A DNA stretch of 64,000 nucleotides from Auanema rhodensis (Eukaryota; Animalia; Nematoda): NCBI GenBank assembly GCA_964057225.1, contig OZ059896.1, positions 23,312,001 through 23,376,000 of the forward strand. The letters are read 5' to 3'. Below are positions 1 to 9,659 of this stretch, in pieces; the stretch's first letter is position 1, and each line of letters opens with the position of its first letter. A program made the translations under genes and the position numbers. The notes under the pieces were generated by a model. That model did no database searches and was not told the origin of the DNA. It worked only from the letters and a program-made list of their open reading frames with translations.

Positions 1-3000
1 CGTGATGTGCACTTGGTATGTAACTCGCTTCACGTGAAAGATAAAGAGATGCGGTTTTCAAAATTAGATTCCCCATGTCCATATTAGTCTAAAAACAAAT
101 TTTTATTGATATTGGTTCATGGTAACCATGACTTTGAAATTTACGTGAACTTTAATTTATGCTAATTAAATGTACACGTGATGTGCACTTGGTATGTAAC
201 TCGCTTCACGTGAAAGATAAAGAGATGCGGTTTTCAAAATTAGATTCCCCATGTCCATATTAGTCTAAAAACAAATTTTTATTGATATTGGTTCATGGTA
301 ACCATGACTTTGAAATTTACGTGAACTTTAATTTATGCTAATTGAATGTACACGTGATGTGCACTTGGTATGTAACTCGCTTCACGTGAAAGATAAAGAG
401 ATGCGGTTTTCAAAATTAGATTCCCCATGTCCATATTAGTCTAAAAACAAATTTTTATTAATATTGGTTCATGGTAACCATGTCTTTGAAATTTACGTGA
501 ACTTTAATTTATGCTAATTAAATGTACACGTGATGTGCACTTGGTATGTAACTCGCTTCACGTGAAAGATAAAGAGATGCGGTTTTCAAAATTAGATTCC
601 CCATGTCCATATTAGTCTAAAAACAAATTTTTATTAATATTGGTTCATGGTAACCATGTCTTTGAAATTTACGTGAACTTTAATTTATGCTAATTAAATG
701 TACACGTGATGTGCACTTGGTATGTAACTCGCTTCACGTGAAAGATAAAGAGATGCGGTTTTCAAAATTAGATTCCCCATGTCCATATTAGTCTAAAAAC
801 AAATTTTTATTAATATTGGTTCATGGTAACCATGTCTTTGAAATTTACGTGAACTTTAATTTATGCTAATTAAATGTACACGTGATGTGCACTTGGTATG
901 TAACTCGCTTCACGTGAAAGATAAAGAGATGCGGTTTTCAAAATTAGATTCCCCATGTCCATATTAGTCTAAAAACAAATTTTTATTGATATTGGTTCAT
1001 GGTAACCATGTCTTTGAAATTTACGTGAACTTTAATTTATGCTAATTAAATGTACACGTGATGTGCACTTGGTATGTAACTCGCTTCACGTGAAAGATAA
1101 AGAGATGCGGTTTTCAAAATTAGATTCCCCATGTCCATATTAGTATAAAAACAAATTTTTATTAATATTGGTTCATGGTAACCATGTCTTTGAAATTTAC
1201 GTGAACTTTAATTTATGCTAATTAAATGTACACGTGATGTGCACTTGGTATGTAACTCGCTTCACGTGAAAGATAAAGAGATGCGGTTTTCAAAATTAGA
1301 TTCCCCATGTCCATATTAGTATAAAAACAAATTTTTATTAATATTGGTTCATGGTAACCATGACTTTGAAATTTACGTGAACTTTAATTTATGCTAATTA
1401 AATGTACACGTGATGTGCACTTGGTATGTAACTCGCTTCACGTGAAAGATAAAGAGATGCGGTTTTCAAAATTAGATTCTCCATGTCCATATTAGTCTAA
1501 AAACAAATTTTTATTAATATTGGTTCATGGTAACCATGTCTTTGAAATTTACGTGAACTTTAATTTATGCTAATTAAATGTACACGTGATGTGCACTTGG
1601 TATGTAACTCGCTTCACGTGAAAGATAAAGAGATGCGGTTTTCAAAATTAGATTCCCCATGTCCATATTAGTCTAAAAACAAATTTTTATTGATATTGGT
1701 TCATGGTAACCATGACTTTGAAATTTACGTGAACTTTAATTTATGCTAATTAAATGAACACGTGATGTGCACTTGGTATGTAACTCGCTTCACGTGAAAG
1801 ATAAAGAGATGCGGTTTTCAAAATTAGATTCCCCATGTCCATATTAGTCTAAAAACAAATTTTTATTAATATTGGTTCATGGTAACCATGTCTTTGAAAT
1901 TTACGTGAACTTTAATTTATGCTAATTAAATGTACACGTGATGTGCACTTGGTATGTAACTCGCTTCACGTGAAAGATAAAGAGATGCGGTTTTCAAAAT
2001 TAGATTCCCCATGTCCATATTAGTATAAAAAGAAATTTTTATTAATATTGGTTCATGGTAACCATGTCTTTGAAATTTACGTGAACTTTAATTTATGCTA
2101 ATTAAATGTACACGTGATGTGCACTTGGTATGTAACTCGCTTCACGTGAAAGATAAAGAGATGCGGTTTTCAAAATTAGATTCCCCATGTCCATATTAGT
2201 CTAAAAACAAATTTTTATTAATATTGGTTCATGGTAACCATGTCTTTGAAATTTACGTGAACTTTAATTTATGCTAATTAAATGTACACGTGATGTGCAC
2301 TTGGTATGTAACTCGCTTCACGTGAAAGATAAAGAGATGCGGTTTTCAAAATTAGATTCCCCATGTCCATATTAGTCTAAAAACAAATTTTTATTGATAT
2401 TGGTTCATGGTAACCATGACTTTGAAATTTACGTGAACTTTAATTTATGCTAATTAAATGTACACGTGATGTGCACTTGGTATGTAACTCGCTTCACGTG
2501 AAAGATAAAGAGATGCGGTTTTCAAAATTAGATTCCCCATTTCCATATTAGTCTAAAAACAAATTTTTATTAATATTGGTTCATGGTAACCATGTCTTTG
2601 AAATTTACGTGAACTTTAATTTATGCTAATTAAATGTACACGTGATGTGCACTTGGTATGTAACTCGCTTCACGTGAAAGATAAAGAGATGCGGTTTTCA
2701 AAATTAGATTCCCCATGTCCATATTAGTCTAAAAACAAATTTTTATTGATATTGGTTCATGGTAACCATGATTTTGATATTTACGTGAACTTTAATTTAT
2801 GCTAATTAAATGTACACGTGATGTGCACTTGGTATGTAACTCGCTTCACGTGAAAGATAAAGAAATGCGGTTTTCAAAATTAGATTCCCCATGTCCATAT
2901 TAGTCTAAAAACAAATTTTTATTGATATTGGTTCATGGTAACCATGACTTTGAAATTTACGTGAACTTTAATTTATGCTAATTAAATGTACACGTGATGT

Positions 3001-3347
3001 GCACTTGGTATGTAACTCGCTTCACGTGAAAGATAAAGAGATGCGGTTTCCAAAATTAGATTCCCCATTTCCATATTAGTCTAAAAACAAATTTTTATTA
3101 ATATTGGTTCATGGTAACCATGTCTTTGAAATTTACGTGAACTTTAATTTATGCTAATTAAATGTACACGTGATGTGCACTTGGTATGTAAATCGCTTCA
3201 CGTGAAAGATAAAGAGATGCGGTTTTCAAAATTAGATTCCCCATGTCCATATTAGTCTAAAAACAAATTTTTATTAATATTGGTTCATGGTAACCATGTC
3301 TTTGAAATTTACGTGAACTTTAATTTATGCTAATTAAATGTACACGT
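1..3347 (+). repeat. 176-bp tandem satellite array, left segment (19 monomers + 3 bp)
   Basis: The unit cgtgatgtgcacttggtatg...ttatgctaattaaatgtaca recurs at 1, 177, ... 881, ... 2641, ... 3345 (period 176). Monomers differ by only a few substitutions. First monomer counted at 56/176 G+C. Confidence 0.99.
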
Positions 3348-3369
3348 TTGAACGGGTTTATTGTTCGAA
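3347..3369 (-). terminator. LINE 3'-terminal stem-loop with an AATAAA polyadenylation-like signal in the loop
   Basis: Minus strand reads TTCGAAC-AATAAACCC-GTTCAAA: a 7-bp stem with one mismatch and a 9-nt loop. AATAAA corresponds to tttatt at 3357-3362 on the plus strand. Confidence 0.55.
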
Positions 3370-3820
3370 TCACAGGTTAAGAGCGGAAACAATGTTAATA
3401 AATAGCGGAAAATTGTAGAAATACAGAAGAACCTTACAATACAAACATACATAATAATTGACTTAATATGTTTAAAGAAAACGAGTCCTGTATATTTCCT
3501 TTCATTATGATAGCGTACAGCACCACTGGTGTGTTAAAGTTTTGAAGTTCTAGTTTGGTAAAGGAGAGAAAATTTGTTCAGTGTAGATCACTGACCTCTG
3601 TAGTATTCTGACAGGTGCGGTGGAACTCTTGACTTGAGTCGAGCCCGTTCTGACAGTGAGAGGTAACTAACGCTCCATCCATATGACTAATGTCTATAGG
3701 ATTTGATACGTAGTAACAGGTCTCAGAAGTAAACTAGGAAACTATCCAACCATAACATGCAGTTAGGCACAAATGCTAGTAAAAGAAAAAAAATATACAT
3801 GGACAAGATTTCAAGTTACA
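3348..3820 (-). other. 3' UTR of the LINE (~473 bp)
   Basis: Non-satellite sequence with no long ORF, between the ORF stop (3821-3823) and the satellite junction at 3347/3348. Confidence 0.8.
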
Positions 3821-4366
3821 TTAACAAGAAACAGATTGAAAATCATTTAAAATAATAGATAGATGTTTTTTGAAGCTGACGGTGTTTCTCAGTTGAACGA
3901 TGCTTTCAGGAAGAGTGTTCCAGGTTTGAATAGCTCTGTATTCAATTCCAGTTCTTGTTTCGCTTTTCCAAAGATCAGGATATTCAACATTCCATAGATG
4001 TCTACGAAGTGAATGAGCGTAGTGCTTGACAGTAAAAAAATTGAGGCTGTTTTCTGGAATGTTTTTGGTTATCTGATTATGATAAAAGACTAGATCAATT
4101 ATCGATCTTCTAAAAGATAGTTCCTTAGCTCCAAGAAACAATAGCTGGTTTTTGTAATCCAAAGCTATTTCGGCTCTCTTAAAAATAGCGTTTAAGAATT
4201 TTTTTTGTATAGACTCAATGCGTGCTTTATCTTTGTTGTTTTGAGGAGACCATACAACTGAGGCATATTCCAATATAGGTCTGATATAACAGCAAAAGAG
4301 TTTAAACATCAAGGTTGGTGATCTTGAGTAAAAACAACGCAAGATAACACGACATTTGTGAGCAGC
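3821..4366 (-). pseudogene. C-terminal fragment (thumb/post-RT region) of LINE ORF2 reverse transcriptase, ~181 codons, no internal stop or frameshift
   Basis: Translation AAHKCRVILRCF...LFCCYIRPILEYASVVWSP...IESIQKKF...LSFRRSIIDLVFYH...YRAIQTWNTLPESIV...SFKKHL matches the CR1/L2-type pattern (R.F...LY...RP.LEY...WsP...iE.vQr; L..RR...DL; R....WN.LP..v....FK). The catalytic YADD region and endonuclease are absent. Confidence 0.9.
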
Positions 4367-4386
4367 AAATGTCGTGTTATCTTGCG
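4338..4386. repeat. Perfect 21-bp inverted repeat with 7-nt loop (fold-back) at the LINE 5' junction
   Basis: cgcaagataacacgacatttg (4338-4358), loop tgagcag (4359-4365), caaatgtcgtgttatcttgcg (4366-4386). The arms are exact reverse complements. Confidence 0.97.
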
Positions 4387-6667
4387 ATGCACTTGGTATG
4401 TAACTCGCTTCACGTGAAAGATAAAGAGATGCGGTTTTCAAAATTAGATTCCCCATGTCCATATTAGTCTAAAAACAAATTTTTATTAATATTGGTTCAT
4501 GGTAACCATGTCTTTGAAATTTACGTGAACTTTAATTTATGCTAATTAAATGTACACGTGATGTGCACTTGGTATGTAACTCGCTTCACGTGAAAGATAA
4601 AGAGATGCGGTTTTCAAAATTAGATTCCCCATGTCCATATTAGTCTAAAAACAAATTTTTATTAATATTGGTTCATGGTAACCATGTCTTTGAAATTTAC
4701 GTGAACTTTAATTTATGCTAATTAAATGTACACGTGATGTGCACTTGGTATGTAACTCGCTTCACGTGAAAGATAAAGAGATGCGGTTTTCAAAATTAGA
4801 TTCCCCATGTCCATATTAGTCTAAAAACAAATTTTTATTGATATTGGTTCATGGTAACCATGACTTTGAAATTTACGTGAACTTTAATTTATGCTAATTA
4901 AATGTACACGTGATGTGCACTTGGTATGTAACTCGCTTCACGTGAAAGATAAAGAGATGCGGATTTCAAAATTAGATTCCCCATGTCCATATTAGTCTAA
5001 AAACAAATTTTTATTAATATTGGTTCATGGTAACCATGTCTTTGAAATTTACGTGAACTTTAATTTATGCTAATTAAATGTACACGTGATGTGCACTTGG
5101 TATGTAACTCGCTTCACGTGAAAGATAAAGAGATGCGGTTTTCAAAATTAGATTCCCCATGTCCATATTAGTCTAAAAACAAATTTTTATTAATATTGGT
5201 TCATGGTAACCATGACTTTGAAATTTACGTGAACTTTAATTTATGCTAATTAAATGTACACGTGATGTGCACTTGGTATGTAACTCGCTTCACGTAAAAG
5301 ATAAAGAGATGCGGTTTTCAAAATTAGATTCCCCATGTCCATATTAGTCTAAAAACAAATTTTTATTGATATTGGTTCATGGTAACCATGACTTTGAAAT
5401 TTACGTGAACTTTAATTTATGCTAATTAAATGTACACGTGATGTGCACTTGGTATGTAACTCGCTTCACGTGAAAGATAAAGAGATGCGGTTTTCAAAAT
5501 TAGATTCCCCATGTCCATATTAGTCTAAAAACAAATTTTTATTAATATTGGTTCATGGTAACCATGTCTTTGAAATTTACGTGAACTTTAATTTATGCTA
5601 ATTAAATGTACACGTGATGTGCACTTGGTATGTAACTCGCTTCACGTGAAAGATAAAGAGATGCGGTTTCCAAAATTAGATTCCCCATTTCCATATTAGT
5701 CTAAAAACAAATTTTTATTAATATTGGTTCATGGTAACCATGTCTTTGAAATTTACGTGAACTTTAATTTATGCTAATTAAATGTACACGTGATGTGCAC
5801 TTGGTATGTAACTCGCTTCACGTGAAAGATAAAGAAATGCGGTTTTCAATTTAGATTCCCCATGTCCATTTTAGTCTAAAAACAAATTTTTATTGATATT
5901 GGTTCATGGTAACCATGACTTTGAAATTTACGTGAACTTTAATTTATGCTAATTAAATGTACACGTGATGTGCACTTGGTATGTAACTCGCTTCACGTGA
6001 AAGATAAAGAGATGCGGTTTTCAAAATTAGATTCCCCATGTCCATATTAGTCTAAAAACAAATTTTTATTGATATTGGTTCATGGTAACCATGACTTTGA
6101 AATTTACGTGAACTTTAATTTATGCTAATTAAATGTACACGTGATGTGCACTTGGTATGTAACTCGCTTCACGTGAAAGATAAAGAGATGCGGTTTTCAA
6201 AATTAGATTCCCCATGTTCATATTAGTCTAAAAACAAATTTTTATTGATATTGGTTCATGGTAACCATGATTTTGAAATTTACGTGAACTTTAATTTATG
6301 CTAATTAAATGTACACGTGATGTGCACTTGGTATGTAACTCGCTTCACGTGAAAGATAAAGAAATGCGGTTTTTAAAATTAGATTCCCCATGTCCATTTT
6401 AGTCTAAAAACAAATTTTTATTGATATTGGTTCATGGTAACCATGACTTTGAAATTTACGTGAACTTTAATTTATGCTAATTAAATGTACACGTGATGTG
6501 CACTTGGTATGTAACTCGCTTCACGTGAAAGATAAAGAGATGCGGTTTTTGAAATTAGATTCTCCATGTCCATATTAGTCTAAAAACAAATTTTTATTAA
6601 TATTGGTTCATGGTAACCATGTCTTTGAAATTTACGTGAACTTTAATTTATGCTAATTAAATGTACA

Positions 6668-9307
6668 CGTGATGTGCACTTGGTATGTAACTCGCTTCAC
6701 GTGAAAGATAAAGAGATGCGGTTTTCAAAATTAGATTCCCCATGTCCATATTAGTCTAAAAACAAATTTTTATTAATATTGGTTCATGGTAACCATGTCT
6801 TTGAAATTTACGTGAACTTTAATTTATGCTAATTAAATGTACACGTGATGTGCACTTGGTATGTAACTCGCTTCACGTGAAAGATAAAGAAATGCGGTTT
6901 TCGAAATTAGATTCCCCATGTCCATATTAGTCTAAAAACAAATTTTTATTAATATTGGTTCATGGTAACCATGTCTTTGAAATTTACGTGAACTTTAATT
7001 TATGCTAATTAAATGTACACGTGATGTGCACTTGGTATGTAACTCGCTTCACGTGAAAGATAAAGAGATGCGGTTTTCAAAATTAGATTCCCCATGTCCA
7101 TATTAGTCTAAAAACAAATTTTTATTGATATTGGTTCATGGTAACCATGACTTTGAAATTTACGTGAACTTTAATTTATGCTAATTAAATGTACACGTGA
7201 TGTGCACTTGGTATGTAACTCGCTTCACGTGAAAGATAAAGAGATGCGGTTTTCAAAATTAGATTCCCCATGTCCATATTAGTCTAAAAACAAATTTTTA
7301 TTGATATTGGTTCATGGTAACCATGACTTTGAAATTTACGTGAACTTTAATTTATGCTAATTAAATGTACACGTGATGTGCCCTTGGTATGTAACTCGCT
7401 TCACGTGAAAGATAAAGAGATGCGGTTTTCAAAATTAGATTCCCCATGTCCATATTAGTCTAAAAACAAATTTTTATTAATATTGGTTCATGGTAACCAT
7501 GTCTTTGAAATTTACGTGAACTTTAATTTATGCTAATTAAATGTACACGTGATGTGCACTTGGTATGTAACTCGCTTCACGTGAAAGATAAAGAGATGCG
7601 GTTTTCAAAATTAGATTCCCCATGTCCATATTAGTCTAAAAACAAATTTTTATTAATATTGGTTCATGGTAACCATGTCTTTGAAATTTACGTGAACTTT
7701 AATTTATGCTAATTAAATGTACACGTGATGTGCACTTGGTATGTAACTCGCTTCACGTGAAAGATAAAGAAATGCGGTTTTCGAAATTAGATTCCCCATG
7801 TCCATATTAGTCTAAAAACAAATTTTTATTAATATTGGTTCATGGTAACCATGTCTTTGAAATTTACGTGAACTTTAATTTATGCTAATTAAATGTACAC
7901 GTGATGTGCACTTGGTATGTAACTCGCTTCACGTGAAAGATAAAGAGATGCGGTTTTCAAAATTAGATTCCCCATGTCCATATTAGTCTAAAAACAAATT
8001 TTTATTGATATTGGTTCATGGTAACCATGACTTTGAAATTTACGTGAACTTTAATTTATGCTAATTAAATGTACACGTGATGTGCACTTGGTATGTAACT
8101 CGCTTCACGTGAAAGATAAAGAGATGCGGTTTTCAAAATTAGATTCCCCATGTCCATATTAGTCTAAAAACAAATTTTTATTGATATTGGTTCATGGTAA
8201 CCATGACTTTGAAATTTACGTGAACTTTAATTTATGCTAATTAAATGTACACGTGATGTGCCCTTGGTATGTAACTCGCTTCACGTGAAAGATAAAGAGA
8301 TGCGGTTTTCAAAATTAGATTCCCCATGTCCATATTAGTCTAAAAACAAATTTTTATTAATATTGGTTCATGGTAACCATGTCTTTGAAATTTACGTGAA
8401 CTTTAATTTATGCTAATCAAATGTACACGTGATGTGCACTTGGTATGTAACTCGCTTCACGTGAAAGATAAAGAGATGCGGTTTTCAAAATTAGATTCCC
8501 CATGTCCATATTAGTCTAAAAACAAATTTTTATTAATATTGGTTCATGGTAACCATGTCTTTGAAATTTACGTGAACTTTAATTTATGCTAATTAAATGT
8601 ACACGTGATGTGCACTTGGTATGTAACTCGCTTCACGTGAAAGATAAAGAAATGCGGTTTTCGAAATTAGATTCCCCATGTCCATATTAGTCTAAAAACA
8701 TATTTTTATTAATATTGGTTCATGGTAACCATGTCTTTGAAATTTACGTGAACTTTAATTTATGCTAATTAAATGTACACGTGATGTGCACTTGGTATGT
8801 AACTCGCTTCACGTGAAAGATAAAGAGATGCGGTTTTCAAAATTAGATTCCCCATGTCCATATTAGTCTAAAAACAAATTTTTATTGATATTGGTTCATG
8901 GTAACCATGACTTTGAAATTTACGTGAACTTTAATTTATGCTAATTAAATGTACACGTGATGTGCACTTGGTATGTAACTCGCTTCACGTGAAAGATAAA
9001 GAGATGCGGTTTTCAAAATTAGATTCCCCATGTCCATATTAGTCTAAAAACAAATTTTTATTGATATTGGTTCATGGTAACCATGACTTTGAAATTTACG
9101 TGAACTTTAATTTATGCTAATTAAATGTACACGTGATGTGCCCTTGGTATGTAACTCGCTTCACGTGAAAGATAAAGAGATGCGGTTTTCAAAATTAGAT
9201 TCCCCATGTCCATATTAGTCTAAAAACAAATTTTTATTAATATTGGTTCATGTTAACCATGTCTTTGAAATTTACGTGAACTTTAATTTATGCTAATTAA
9301 ATGTACA
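6668..9307 (+). repeat. Local higher-order repeat: 5-mer (880 bp) x3
   Basis: Variant gaaatg+tcgaaa at ~6891, 7771, 8651 and variant cccttgg at 7381, 8261, 9141, all spaced 880 bp. Confidence 0.9.
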
Positions 9308-9659
9308 CGTGATGTGCACTTGGTATGTAACTCGCTTCACGTGAAAGATAAAGAGATGCGGTTTTCAAAATTAGATTCCCCATGTCCATATTAGTCTAAA
9401 AACAAATTTTTATTAATAATGGTTCATGGTAACCATGTCTTTGAAATTTACGTGAACTTTAATTTATGCTAATTAAATGTACACGTGATGTGCACTTGGT
9501 ATGTAACTCGCTTCACGTGAAAGATAAAGAGATACGGTTTTCAAAATTAGATTCCCCATGTTCATATTAGTCTAAAAACAAATTTTTATTGATATTGGTT
9601 CATGGTAACCATGACTTTGAAATTTACGTGAACTTTAATTTATGCTAATTAAATGTACA

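Larger units (their letters stand above)
3348..4387 (-). mobile_element. 5'-truncated non-LTR retrotransposon (LINE), CR1/L2-like (Jockey group), inserted in the satellite
   Basis: The only non-satellite sequence in the window. Minus strand has an RT C-terminal ORF, a stop at 3821-3823, a 3' UTR, and AATAAA about 10 nt before the junction. An intact 3' end with a missing 5' part is typical of target-primed reverse transcription (TPRT). Clade is recognised from motifs, not from a database search. Confidence 0.92.

Noticed and set aside
1-176. Identity with known satellites of similar size (Brassica CentBr 176 bp, Arabidopsis CEN178, primate alpha satellite) or with a 5S/tRNA tandem array
   Set aside because: Only the length is similar. 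I recognise no sequence similarity, CENP-B box, Pol III boxes or cloverleaf, and the CR1/L2-like insert argues against a plant. A database search is needed to name it.
3590-3730. Hammerhead ribozyme in the LINE 3' UTR (ctgac/ctgag motifs, repeated ttctgacag)
   Set aside because: No proper CUGANGA...GAAA core with supporting stems found on either strand. The 9-bp repeat is compatible with chance.
3348-4387. DNA transposon or MITE, suggested by hairpins at both ends
   Set aside because: The two hairpins are local and unrelated to each other, so they are not terminal inverted repeats. There is no TSD and the coding content is RT.
4367-4462. N-terminus of the 213-aa ORF (MDMGNLILK...SQDNTTF) as a real gene start or satellite-RT fusion protein
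   Set aside because: These codons are antisense satellite plus the fold-back arm, in frame by chance. The RT fragment lacks catalytic motifs and there is no evidence of expression.
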